Under the pieces are notes generated by a model, which was not told the origin of the DNA, searched no databases, and was given only the letters and a program-made list of their open reading frames with translations. A DNA stretch of 64,000 nucleotides, taken from Pyrinomonadaceae bacterium (GTDB lineage: Bacteria > Acidobacteriota > Blastocatellia > Pyrinomonadales > Pyrinomonadaceae). Made by a program: the position numbers and the translations under genes. The stretch is taken from contig JBKBYA010000011.1 in NCBI GenBank assembly GCA_046313635.1, positions 52,835 through 116,834 on the forward strand. Direction: 5' to 3'. Below, one piece after another: positions 8,995-18,281 of this stretch (its first letter is position 1; each line of letters opens with the position of its first letter).

Positions 8995-10170
8995 GTGTTT
9001 CGGAGGATCTATCTCGATAACGCAGCCACGACGCCGCTCGACCCGCGCGTGCTCGAGGCGATGATGCCGTACCTCACAGAAGATTTCGGCAACGCGTCGA
9101 GCATTCATTATTTTGGTCAGCGGGCCCGCGCGGCCGTCGACAAGGCCCGTCACGAGGTCGCGGACCTGATCAATTCGCGACCGAACGAGATCGTCTTTAC
9201 CTCGGGCGGCACCGAGTCAAACAACCTCGCCGTTCGAGGTCTGCTGCAGGCTAACGCCAAATACGGCCGCCACATTATCGCCACCGCAATAGAGCATCCC
9301 GCGGTGCGTAATGTGCTTGAAGATCTTGAAAAGGACGGTGCGCAGGTCACCTTTCTCCCAGCGGCGACGACCGGCGTGGTCAGCGTAGACGACCTGAGAG
9401 CGGCCATTCGTCAAGACACGGTCCTGATCACGGTGATGACGGCCAATAACGAGATCGGCACCCTTCAACCGGTCGACGAGATCGGCAAGATCGTGAGAGA
9501 CCTGCGGTCGGCCGGCAAAAAGATCTGGTTTCATACCGATGCCGTCCAAGCGGCGGGCAAGATACGCCTGGATGTCGAAGAGATCGGCTGCGACCTGCTT
9601 TCGATCTCGGCCCACAAGATCTACGGGCCGAAAGGCGTCGGAGCGCTCTATGTCCGCCGGGGCACGAGGCTACATTCGCAGAATATCGGCGGCCGGCAGG
9701 AGCGCGGCATTCGGGGCGGGACCGAAGCGGTCGCTCCGATAGTCGGATTCGGAGCGGCCGCAAGGCTTGCGTCCGATGAGATCGATACGGAACCGCGACG
9801 GATCGCAGCACTACGCGACAGACTCGAGCGATCGATCCTTGAGTCGATCAGCGGGACTGCTGTCAACGGCGACGTGACGCGCCGCCTGCCGAACATTACC
9901 AACATCTCGTTTGCGGGAGTCGAGGGCGAGGGACTGCTGATCAACCTGGATATTCGCGGGATCGCCGTTTCAACGGGATCGGCGTGCAGCTCGGGCTCTC
10001 TCGAGCCGTCACCGGTGATCAGGGCGCTCGGAGCGTCGGACCAGACGGCCCGGACGGCCATTCGATTCAGCCTAGGTCGGCAAAACGTCGACGACGTCGA
10101 GATGATCCTTCAGCAGCTTTCGGAAGCGGTTGGCGACCTGCGGCGAATTTCGGCAGCGTCCTCGAAATGA
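8995..10170 (+). CDS. iscS: cysteine desulfurase (IscS/NifS family)
   Basis: YLDNAATT, FTSGGTESNN, HTDAVQ, SAHKIYGPKG (PLP Lys) and STGSACSSG. Confidence 0.9.
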   Translation: MFRRIYLDNAATTPLDPRVLEAMMPYLTEDFGNASSIHYFGQRARAAVDKARHEVADLINSRPNEIVFTSGGTESNNLAVRGLLQANAKYGRHIIATAIEHPAVRNVLEDLEKDGAQVTFLPAATTGVVSVDDLRAAIRQDTVLITVMTANNEIGTLQPVDEIGKIVRDLRSAGKKIWFHTDAVQAAGKIRLDVEEIGCDLLSISAHKIYGPKGVGALYVRRGTRLHSQNIGGRQERGIRGGTEAVAPIVGFGAAARLASDEIDTEPRRIAALRDRLERSILESISGTAVNGDVTRRLPNITNISFAGVEGEGLLINLDIRGIAVSTGSACSSGSLEPSPVIRALGASDQTARTAIRFSLGRQNVDDVEMILQQLSEAVGDLRRISAASSK

Positions 10171-10200
10171 AAAAGCCCCGCCGAAAACTCGGCAGGGCTG
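10171..10200. terminator. terminator hairpin between convergent iscS and the repeat-peptide gene
   Basis: AAAAGCCCCGCCGA-AAAC-TCGGCAGGGCT. The A-run gives the U-tail on the minus strand. Confidence 0.6.
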
Positions 10201-10237
10201 CAGTGTGGAAACACCCTCCTCGGCGGCTTAGCCGCAA

Positions 10238-10537
10238 TTAATCGCTGATCAAGATCCCGTTATCGACCTTGGTGCAGTCCGTGTCCGAATCGGCAGCACC
10301 GGCGACGATGATACCCGTGAAGCCGGCGACGATGATGCCCGTGAAGCCGGCGACGATGATGCCGGTGGCACCGGCGACGATGATACCGTTATCGACCTTT
10401 TCGTTTACGGTGCAAGCGTTCCCGCTGGCATCGTCCGTTAGCCCGGCAACGATGATGCCGTCACCGGCGAAAGTAGAACCGACAAGAAGGATCGACGAGA
10501 GGACTGTGGCGGCCAGAAAGTTACGAACGTTTTTCAT
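10238..10537 (-). CDS. 99-aa secreted GIIVAG-repeat peptide
   Basis: AGGAGA RBS before the ATG at 10537, signal peptide ending STFA, 5x GIIVAG plus terminal GILISD, two Cys, and 24-bp tandem DNA repeats. Confidence 0.85.
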   Translation of the reverse strand: MKNVRNFLAATVLSSILLVGSTFAGDGIIVAGLTDDASGNACTVNEKVDNGIIVAGATGIIVAGFTGIIVAGFTGIIVAGAADSDTDCTKVDNGILISD

Positions 10538-10596
10538 TTTTTCTCTTCTCCTGCAAAGTTTTGGAAGCGTTTGCTCCGTGTTCGCAGTACCCTTTC

Positions 10597-10611
10597 TCAA
10601 CGGACGTGCCA
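10597..10611 (-). promoter_or_regulatory. sigma54-type promoter TGGCACGTCCGTTGA for the repeat-peptide gene
   Basis: Perfect TGGCACG -24 element. The -12 element reads TTGA, as at both pilA copies. A near-consensus IHF site (ATCAACGAGTTA, minus strand) lies at 10640-10651. Confidence 0.7.
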
Positions 10612-10930
10612 CGCAAGGCCGACGGGGCTGGCGAGTTTGTAACTCGTTGATCTAGCAGTACATATCTCGACGACGAAGTGACGAGCTCGTTCTGTTAGGC
10701 AATCTTGATTGTGGATACCCAATTAACACCGCCATCGCACAGTTCTCTTAAACCTCCGGTTTTCAATAAGTTGCTCGCCTGATTACTTGATAGCCACTTC
10801 AGGGCTGTAACTTTTGTATCCATCCGAGCTCTGTTTTTTAGCTGGAAATGAAATTATTGGCCGTGTTAAACTTGTTTTGACCTACCCTCCGCGCTTTCAT
10901 TAGGTCCCTCCGCTGATCGTTCCTCTCCAT

Positions 10931-13174
10931 ATGTTGCAAAGGCGATTTGCCGAACCTTCAAAGTATGCGCTGATCGCGATCGGTGTCGCGACGTTGTCGT
11001 TCGCAGCCTATAAGTTTGAGAGAACAGACCTCACCCTCGGCCTCCTGGCCCTAGCCCTATTCTCCGTTGCGGTCGTCCCGCACTTGAGTCTCACGCTGCC
11101 GCGTTCGCGCTTTGCCATCAGTTTTTCGGATGCCGTTATTCTCGTTGCTTTTCTCATCTACGGCTGGCCGGCGGCGGTGACCCTCGCGGCCCTCGAGATG
11201 GGGGCAAACTGTTTATATCTGCGCGCGGCCGGCTTCCCGTTCGGCCGGCTGATGATACCGACCAACATCTCGATGAGCGCCGTTTCGACCGCGGCGGCAT
11301 GCCTCGTCGGAATTTATTCCCCGCACCTTGTCGGCGAGCTTGAGCTGGCTCGCACCCAAGATCTGATCACTCTGCTGGGGCTGATGGCGATCACTCAGTT
11401 CGCGGTCTCGTCGACGCTCGCGGCGATGATACAGGCCATGAAGGACGGCACGCCGCTCTTTGCTACGTGGAGGCGTGATTGTTTTTCGAGCTCGATGTCG
11501 CAGATCGTCGGCTCGTCTTTGGCCGGTTTGTACTACAAGCTGCTCGGGTTTGGCGACCTCAAGACGGCGCTCATCACAATGATCGGCGTGGCCGTCGCGT
11601 ACCTCACTTACCGATTCTCGATCAACGAGATCAACAACGCGATCGCACAGGTCGAGGTGGCTGAGCGCGAAAAGTCGGAGATCGAGCGCGAGCGAAGGCA
11701 CGAGGCCGAAAAGCACGCCAAGCAGCTCACCGCGGCGCTTGAGCAGCAGGAGGCGGCCAATGCGGCCCTGCGAAAGAGCCGCCAGGATTTCAAGCACGCG
11801 GCGCTGCACGATTCGCTTACAGGGCTCGCCAACCGGGTCCAGCTCGGCGACATTCTTTCGTCTCTGATCCGGGCGTATCGCGACGATCCGTCGCAGAATT
11901 TCCACGTGCTCTTTATCGACATTCGCCGCTTCAAGAACATCAACGACTCGCTCGGCCACCCGATCGGCGACAAGGTGCTGATGATCGCGGCCAAGCGTTT
12001 TTTGCGGATCGTCTCATCCAAAGATACGGTCGCTCGGCTCGGCGGCGATGAGTTTGCCATCATCCTCCGCGACCTGTCGACCGTCGGCAAGGCGCAAAAG
12101 GTCGCCCGACGCATCGCCAACAGCATCTCTCAGCCCTTCTCGCTCTCGGGCAACCGCATCTCGGTCGGCGTAAACATCGGCATCGCACCCTGCGATACGG
12201 AATACGAGACTCCCGAAGACATACTGCGCGACGCCGACATCGCGATGCATTTCGCAAAAGAAAAGAATATCGGAGCGGCCGTCTTCAGCCGCGACCTGCG
12301 CGAGCGGTTTCTCGAGCGCGCGCAGATCGAGCTCGATCTGCGGCACGCCCTTGATCGCAATGAGCTGCAGATGCACTATCAGCCGATCGTCGCGCTCCGA
12401 GACGGAGGCGTCATCGGCTTTGAAGCGCTGCTTCGGTGGCGGCGCGACAACGGCATGTATGTACCGCCGGCCAAGTTCATCCCGATCGCCGAAGAGTCGG
12501 GCCTGATCCTGCCGATCACCAACTGGATACTGCTCGAGACGTGTCGACAGCTTGCGGCATGGCGACGCATCTCTCACTCGCTCGAGGACCTGATCGTCAG
12601 CGTCAACATCTCGAGCAAGCATCTCGCGGCTGACGATCTGGTTGACGATGTCGAGCTCGCGCTCGAAGCCTCGGGCCTGCCGCCCGAGGCCCTCAAGCTC
12701 GAGATCACAGAGAGCACGGCGATGGAGAATGCCGAGCACACGATCAACGTCCTCAACCGGTTAAAACATCTCGGGGTCAAGCTGAGCATTGACGACTTCG
12801 GCACGGGCTATTCGTCGCTTAGCTACCTGCACCGGCTGCCCTTCGACACGCTGAAGATCGATCGCTCGTTCGTCAGCCGCGTCGGGCATGCGGGCGAAGA
12901 TTCCGAGGTCCTGCAGACGATCGTCTCGCTGGCCAAGAATCTCAAAATGAAGGTCATCGCCGAGGGCATCGAGACCGAAAGTCAGCTCCACGTGCTCCGC
13001 AATCTCGGCTGCGACTACGGTCAGGGCTATCTGATATCCCGGCCGCTCACCCGCGAGAGCGCCGAAAAGCTCATCTACGAGGGCTGCTCCTTCGATGTCG
13101 GGGCAAAGGACGCGCTGACCCAGCGCACCGACAATAACGACATCGACGCAGAGGCCTCGCTGCCCGTCTTCTGA
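10931..13174 (+). CDS. membrane-bound diguanylate cyclase/phosphodiesterase (multi-TM sensor + coiled coil + GGDEF + EAL)
   Basis: Several N-terminal TM segments, HDSLTGLANR, RLGGDEF, FEALLRW and DDFGTGYSSL. Confidence 0.93.
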   Translation: MLQRRFAEPSKYALIAIGVATLSFAAYKFERTDLTLGLLALALFSVAVVPHLSLTLPRSRFAISFSDAVILVAFLIYGWPAAVTLAALEMGANCLYLRAAGFPFGRLMIPTNISMSAVSTAAACLVGIYSPHLVGELELARTQDLITLLGLMAITQFAVSSTLAAMIQAMKDGTPLFATWRRDCFSSSMSQIVGSSLAGLYYKLLGFGDLKTALITMIGVAVAYLTYRFSINEINNAIAQVEVAEREKSEIERERRHEAEKHAKQLTAALEQQEAANAALRKSRQDFKHAALHDSLTGLANRVQLGDILSSLIRAYRDDPSQNFHVLFIDIRRFKNINDSLGHPIGDKVLMIAAKRFLRIVSSKDTVARLGGDEFAIILRDLSTVGKAQKVARRIANSISQPFSLSGNRISVGVNIGIAPCDTEYETPEDILRDADIAMHFAKEKNIGAAVFSRDLRERFLERAQIELDLRHALDRNELQMHYQPIVALRDGGVIGFEALLRWRRDNGMYVPPAKFIPIAEESGLILPITNWILLETCRQLAAWRRISHSLEDLIVSVNISSKHLAADDLVDDVELALEASGLPPEALKLEITESTAMENAEHTINVLNRLKHLGVKLSIDDFGTGYSSLSYLHRLPFDTLKIDRSFVSRVGHAGEDSEVLQTIVSLAKNLKMKVIAEGIETESQLHVLRNLGCDYGQGYLISRPLTRESAEKLIYEGCSFDVGAKDALTQRTDNNDIDAEASLPVF

Positions 13175-13264
13175 TCCCGGATCGCGTCCCGACAGCTAAA
13201 CACTTTTACCTTCGCGGCGTATAATCCTCGTCTGATCCTAATTCCGAGGTACAACGAGAATACG

Positions 13265-15382
13265 ATGCTGAAGAAGACGTTTATCGCTTTCGGGGCGTGC
13301 GCGGTGCTTGCGACCTCGCTTGCCGCCCAATCAACCTTTAATTATCCAAAGCCGCGTCGGTCCGATCAGGTCGACGATTATCACGGCGTCAAGGTCGCCG
13401 ATCCATACCGCTGGATGGAAGACACCAACTCGGCCGAGACGCGGTCGTGGATCGACGAGCAGGTCAAACTCACCGGCTCGTATCTCTCGACGATCCCCGA
13501 ACGCGAAAAGATCAAGGCCCGCCTGACCGAGATCTGGAACTACGAGCGCTACTCCGCTCCGTCCAAGGTCGGCAGCTACTACGTCTATTCAAAGAATGAC
13601 GGTTTGCAGAATCAGAGCGTCCTGTACATCACCAGGTCGCTCGACGACCCGGGCCGCGTGCTGATCGACCCGAACAAGCTCTCGGCCGACGGCACCGTCG
13701 CGCTGAGCGGTTCGTCATTCACCGACGACGGCAAGCTGTGGGCGTACGGCATCGCAAAGTCGGGCTCGGACCGCACCGAGTGGCGAATAATGAACGTCGA
13801 GACCGGCGAGCATCTGCCCGACACGCTCAAGCCGAATCGCCAAGGCGGCGTATCGTGGCTTAACGACAATTCCGGATTCTTCTACAACCGCTTTCCCGAG
13901 CCCGAGGCGGGGGCCGAGCTCAAGAGCGCGAACCGATTTCCCAAGCTCTACTTTCACAAGCTCGGCACGCCGCAGTCCGAGGACGTCCTTATCTACGAGC
14001 GGCCTGACGACGGCGAGATGTTTGTCGGCGGCTTTGTTACCGAGGACGGCAACTGGCTTGTCATCAATGTCACAAAAGGCACCGAGCGGATGAACATGGT
14101 CTACGCCAAGGCTCTCGGCGTCAAAGACTCGCCGATCATGCCGATCGTCGACAACCGCACAAACAGCTGGTCGTTTGTCGGCAACGACGGCCCGACCTTT
14201 TACTTTCGCACGGACAAGGACGCCGAACGCGGCCGCATCGTGAGCGTGGACATTCTCGCCAAAGAGCGCGTCTGGCGCGAGATCGTCCCGCAGGCCGCCG
14301 AGACGATCAGCTCGGTATCGATGCTCAACGACCAGTTCGTCGTCGGCTATATGAAGGACGCGTATTCAAAGGTCCGCATCTTTGACAAGTCGGGCAAGCA
14401 CGTTCGCGATGTCGAGCTGCCGGGCATCGGCTCGGCGGGCGGCTTCGGCGGCAAGCAGAGCGATACCGAGACCTTTTACACGTACTCGAGCTACAACGCG
14501 CCGCCGACGATCTATCGCTACGATATGAAGACCGGCAAGTCGACGCTCTTTCGCCAGGCGAAGGTGAAGTTCAACCCGAACGACTTCGAGGTCAAACAGG
14601 TCTTCTACACGAGCAAGGACGGCACGAAGGTGCCGATGTTCATCACGCACAAAAAGGGCATCAAGCTCGACGGCAGCAACCCGACGATCCTCTACGGCTA
14701 CGGCGGCTTTAACATCCCGCAGACGCCCGGCTTTTCGGTCTCGCGGATCGTCTGGATGGAGATGGGCGGCGTCTATGCGGTCGCCAACTTGCGCGGCGGC
14801 AGCGAGTACGGCAAGACCTGGTGGGAGCAGGGCTCGCGGCTCAAGAAGCAGAATGTCTTTGACGACTTTATCGCCGCGGGCGAGTGGCTCATCGCGAACA
14901 AATACACGTCGAACAAAAAGCTCGCCATTCAGGGCGGCTCGAACGGCGGCCTGCTCGTCGGCGCCGTGCTGAATCAGCGGCCGGACCTGTTTGGCGCGGC
15001 ACTGCCGGCGGTGGGCGTGATGGATATGGTGCGGTTCACAGAGTTCACGGTCGGCGCCGCGTGGAAGTCGGACTACGGCGACCCTAAAAACCCGACCGAC
15101 TTCAAGGCGCTCTATGCGTACTCGCCGCTGCACAACATCAAGCCGGGCACAAAGTACCCTGCGACGCTCGTGACGACGGCCGATACGGACGACCGCGTCT
15201 TCCCGGCGCACAGCTTCAAGTACGCCGCGACGCTGCAGGCCGCGCAGGCCGGCGACGCGCCCGTGCTCATCCGCATCGAGACAAAGGCCGGCCACGGCGC
15301 CGGCAAGCCGACCTCGAAGCAGATCGAGGAGATCGCGGACATCTACGGGTTTCTGGTCAGGAATCTGGGGATGAAGTACTAG
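13265..15382 (+). CDS. prolyl oligopeptidase (S9A), secreted
   Basis: Signal peptide, VADPYRWME, GGSNGG nucleophile, DDRV and AGHG. Confidence 0.95.
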   Translation: MLKKTFIAFGACAVLATSLAAQSTFNYPKPRRSDQVDDYHGVKVADPYRWMEDTNSAETRSWIDEQVKLTGSYLSTIPEREKIKARLTEIWNYERYSAPSKVGSYYVYSKNDGLQNQSVLYITRSLDDPGRVLIDPNKLSADGTVALSGSSFTDDGKLWAYGIAKSGSDRTEWRIMNVETGEHLPDTLKPNRQGGVSWLNDNSGFFYNRFPEPEAGAELKSANRFPKLYFHKLGTPQSEDVLIYERPDDGEMFVGGFVTEDGNWLVINVTKGTERMNMVYAKALGVKDSPIMPIVDNRTNSWSFVGNDGPTFYFRTDKDAERGRIVSVDILAKERVWREIVPQAAETISSVSMLNDQFVVGYMKDAYSKVRIFDKSGKHVRDVELPGIGSAGGFGGKQSDTETFYTYSSYNAPPTIYRYDMKTGKSTLFRQAKVKFNPNDFEVKQVFYTSKDGTKVPMFITHKKGIKLDGSNPTILYGYGGFNIPQTPGFSVSRIVWMEMGGVYAVANLRGGSEYGKTWWEQGSRLKKQNVFDDFIAAGEWLIANKYTSNKKLAIQGGSNGGLLVGAVLNQRPDLFGAALPAVGVMDMVRFTEFTVGAAWKSDYGDPKNPTDFKALYAYSPLHNIKPGTKYPATLVTTADTDDRVFPAHSFKYAATLQAAQAGDAPVLIRIETKAGHGAGKPTSKQIEEIADIYGFLVRNLGMKY

Positions 15383-15586
15383 CTCCCGCTCCGCATCTGC
15401 CGAGCGCGAGTTTGGCGGGCCCTGCCGATCCGCCGGGCCCGTTTTCATTCGGCCCGAGAGCTCCGGCCGGCGGCTTGAATAACGGACCGCTGGTCGGTTA
15501 TCCTTTGCGGGCTCGACGCCGAAATTCATTCCGCGTTGCTCACGCCGGCCGGGCCGCCTCGCACACTCGGCCATTCACACAAAAAT

Positions 15587-16156
15587 ATGGATCACAAACT
15601 TACTTGCGTCGCTGTCTCTCTGCTTGCTCTTTTTGTTCTTGTCTGCGCCGGCCCGGCTGCGGCGCAGGCGCCTCAGCCCGAGGCGCCCATGATCCGCGTG
15701 GCGTTCGTCGACAGTCAAAAACTCTCGGACGCCAAGCTCGGCCCGAAGCGAATTGTCGCCGCATGGAAGGCGCTCGACGCCGAGTTTGCCCCTCGCCGGA
15801 CGCAGCTCAACGAGCTGCAGTCTCGATTTGACGCTTTGATGAAGACCTTTGAATCGACCAAAGCCACGGCGACACAGGCCCAGCGCGACAAGATGGTCGA
15901 GCAGCTCGAGTCGATGCAGCGCGACCTCAAGTTCAAGCAGGAGGCCGCGCAGACCGAATACCAGCGCCGCTATCAGACCGTGATGGGGCCGATCAACCGC
16001 GACATCGGTCTAAAGCTGGAGGCATTTGCAAAGGCGCGCAAGATCGACGTCGTGCTCGATCTCGCCAAGCTTCTCGAGGCCGGGGCGATACTGACGCTCG
16101 AGCCAAAGGGCGACATCACCGACGCCTTTATCGCATACGTCGACGCGCAGCCGTAG
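15587..16156 (+). CDS. OmpH/Skp-family periplasmic chaperone
   Basis: Signal peptide, 'IRVAFVDSQK', coiled coils, 'IDVVLD' and 'DITDAFI'. Confidence 0.8.
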   Translation: MDHKLTCVAVSLLALFVLVCAGPAAAQAPQPEAPMIRVAFVDSQKLSDAKLGPKRIVAAWKALDAEFAPRRTQLNELQSRFDALMKTFESTKATATQAQRDKMVEQLESMQRDLKFKQEAAQTEYQRRYQTVMGPINRDIGLKLEAFAKARKIDVVLDLAKLLEAGAILTLEPKGDITDAFIAYVDAQP

Positions 16157-16189
16157 CCGAACGGCGGCGTCCCGGGAGAAATAAACGAA

Positions 16190-17143
16190 ATGAAAAGTTC
16201 ACTCATCAGGCGGATCGTCCTGTGCGTCTCGGTGCTCGCGTCGGTCTCGGCCGCGTCGGCGCAGTCCCTGCCAAAGGGCTGGGCGCACTACGAGGATGCG
16301 ATGTCCGGCCTCAGCTCGAAGGCCTTTGAAAAGGCCCTCGTCTCGATCGATAAAGCGATCGCAGAGAACCGCGGCGTGCCCGGATTTTACGTCGTCCGTG
16401 CCCGCATCAATATCGCACTCAGACGGACCGAGGCGGCGATCGAAGACCTCGCGACGGCCATCGACAAGGGCGGCGACGAGAATGCATACGTTCTCACCGC
16501 GTCGATCGGCGTCGAGCTGAACAAGGTCGAGACGGCGATCGAAGCGATGGACGACGCGGTCAAGATCGCCGTCGAGTCAGGCGACGACGAACTCGCGGCC
16601 AAATTCCACGTTTACCGTGCAGGTCTCAACAAGCTCGTCGGCCGTGAGAATGCTCGCTGGGCCGATATCGAAAAGGCAAATAAGCTCGGGCCGCCCGCGG
16701 CCGCCGATCTCAACGCCGAGGCGTGGCAACATTTTGGCGAGCGGGCCTACGGGATGGCCGTCGTCTCGAGCCTTGCGGCGAGCCAGCTCGAGCCGCGGGC
16801 GGCCGCTCACTTCGTCATTCGCGGGATGGCCTATGCGCGGCTCGGCCATCAGGTGCTCGCGCTCGCGCACTTTGACGACGCGATCAGGCTCGAGCCCGCC
16901 AACGGCCGTGCGCATATCAACCGCGGCAATCTGCTCTACCATCTGAAGCGCTACGCCGAGTCGATCGAGAGCATCAACCGCGGTCTGCCTCTCGTCGCCA
17001 AAGACAACGCCTCGTGGACGCGTCTCGCCTACCAGACCCGCGCCCTCGCCCACTGCGCCGCCGGCCGCCAGGCCGACGCGCTCAAGGACGAGGCCGAATT
17101 CATCAAACTCGGCGGCCAGCTCACCAAACGATGCGGCCAATGA
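16190..17143 (+). CDS. secreted TPR-repeat protein
   Basis: Signal peptide and multiple TPR units (e.g. 'FDDAIRLEPANGRAHINRG'). Confidence 0.8.
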   Translation: MKSSLIRRIVLCVSVLASVSAASAQSLPKGWAHYEDAMSGLSSKAFEKALVSIDKAIAENRGVPGFYVVRARINIALRRTEAAIEDLATAIDKGGDENAYVLTASIGVELNKVETAIEAMDDAVKIAVESGDDELAAKFHVYRAGLNKLVGRENARWADIEKANKLGPPAAADLNAEAWQHFGERAYGMAVVSSLAASQLEPRAAAHFVIRGMAYARLGHQVLALAHFDDAIRLEPANGRAHINRGNLLYHLKRYAESIESINRGLPLVAKDNASWTRLAYQTRALAHCAAGRQADALKDEAEFIKLGGQLTKRCGQ

Positions 17144-17158
17144 CCCCGCCGCACCACA

Positions 17159-17294
17159 GCTTGAACATCCCCCGACGCTACATTATCCTGCCGATGTAAA
17201 AACCACACGCCCCAAGGCGCAAGCCCCATACTTGCGATTGCAGTTCAATCGGTTTTCCAAAAGAGGCTTCGCTCAGAAAAGGGCGAGGCTTTTT
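17159..17294 (+). ncRNA. promoter + putative structured small RNA/leader + terminator, copy 1
   Basis: TTGAAC(17161)-17bp-TATCCT(17184). Hairpins GCAAG/CTTGC and CGATTG/CAATCG, then terminator GAGGCTTCGCTC-AGAAAA-GGGCGAGGCTTTTT. Near-identical to 18136-18266. Confidence 0.65.
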
Positions 17295-17323
17295 CTCATT
17301 TCTGATTCCACGGACATAAAACA

Positions 17324-18133
17324 ATGCTTGAGAAGAAAAAAAGTAGAGTGCCGGACGCGCTCGAGATCGTCGTTCGTGCGTGCGAACTCGGTGAGTACGA
17401 CACGAATGTTATCGGAATGGCCGCAGAGATCATCGCTGAGGATGATTTCGGAATGGCTAAGGTCGCCCGCGGAACGCGTGATGTAGACGGGACGTGGATG
17501 AAAGATGGTTTGAACCGAACCGTCCAGGTCAAGGCTTGGTCAGAGCGGAGAATACAGCGCTACAAGCGAGGCACATTTCTGACACTGAAAGAAGCCACGC
17601 TCCCCGATGATCTACTGCTTCTCCTCATCTACAGCTCAAAGCCCGGATACGAAATCCTTTATAAAGGTCCGGCCAACGGAGTCGGCGTCGTCGATCCGCG
17701 GGGGATCAGAGTGGTCAAATTCAGTGCGATAAAAACGCACGAAGAGATCGTTCACATCCTGAGTCAATTCGAAACCAGTACTGAATCACAAGCGAGTTTG
17801 CCGAGACCTGAGAGGCCGCGACACAGCGGCACAGATCCGATCATTGAGGCGGCTGTTAGACGGCATCCGACTCTGGCCTTTCATGTCAATTCGGGAAACG
17901 AACATTGCGTCGAGATCGTCGGACGCGAGCGGAGAGGAAGCCTTTGGATTCGTCCTCGTTTCAAAGGCTACCGAGTCCAGACCACAGGCCAAGCTCAACG
18001 ATTAGATGGACTGATCGAAAGCTTATGCGGCAAGCCGGTTGGTTCGGCAACATCAAACGTATATCAATATTGGTATACCGATGACGCAACCAACGTCGAA
18101 AAGATAATCCAACATTTTGCGTCGCTTCCGTAG
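17324..18133 (+). CDS. hypothetical protein with N-terminal PD-(D/E)XK-like nuclease motif (DUF6998-like)
   Basis: 'ELGE...DVDG...TVQVKAW' fits a D...(Q/E)xK restriction-like pattern. Lower GC. The C-terminal domain was not recognised. Confidence 0.5.
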   Translation: MLEKKKSRVPDALEIVVRACELGEYDTNVIGMAAEIIAEDDFGMAKVARGTRDVDGTWMKDGLNRTVQVKAWSERRIQRYKRGTFLTLKEATLPDDLLLLLIYSSKPGYEILYKGPANGVGVVDPRGIRVVKFSAIKTHEEIVHILSQFETSTESQASLPRPERPRHSGTDPIIEAAVRRHPTLAFHVNSGNEHCVEIVGRERRGSLWIRPRFKGYRVQTTGQAQRLDGLIESLCGKPVGSATSNVYQYWYTDDATNVEKIIQHFASLP

Positions 18134-18135
18134 AC

Positions 18136-18266
18136 GCTTGAACATTCGCGATCGGTACACTATCCTGCCGTTGTAAAAACGCCCACGGCGCAAGCCCCAT
18201 ACTTGCGATTGCAGTTTAATCGGATTCTAAAAAGAGGCTTCGCTCAGAAATGGGCGAGGCCTCTTT
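18136..18266 (+). ncRNA. promoter + putative structured small RNA/leader + terminator, copy 2
   Basis: TTGAAC(18138)-17bp-TATCCT(18161), the same hairpins, and a 16-bp terminator stem with GAAA loop (AAAGAGGCTTCGCTCA-GAAA-TGGGCGAGGCCTCTTT). Confidence 0.65.
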
Positions 18267-18281
18267 ACCGTTAGGAGCAAT

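Noticed and set aside
10538..10612. N-terminal extension of the repeat peptide given in the ORF track
   Set aside because: The region holds the sigma54 promoter and RBS. The signal peptide begins at ATG 10537.
13265..15382. Prolyl oligopeptidase as macrocyclase/processing enzyme of the GIIVAG peptide
   Set aside because: The mature peptide contains no proline, and the enzyme looks like an ordinary secreted S9A peptidase.
14366..15574. Long antisense ORFs (also 6753-7796, 20320-21495, 24155-25288, 34714-35721, 55259-56347, 62304-63335)
   Set aside because: They are typical high-GC shadow frames opposite well-supported genes, with no recognisable motifs.
17029..18200. Minus-strand ORFs starting MGLAPW (17029-17229, 17961-18200) as type I toxin peptides
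   Set aside because: They go out of frame with each other after six codons, have no hydrophobic helix and overlap real plus-strand genes.
17159..18266. Twin repeats as a CRISPR array, tRNA or attC sites
   Set aside because: There are only two ~135-bp copies separated by a full gene. There is no cloverleaf or T-loop, and no RYYYAAC...GTTRRRY boundaries were seen.
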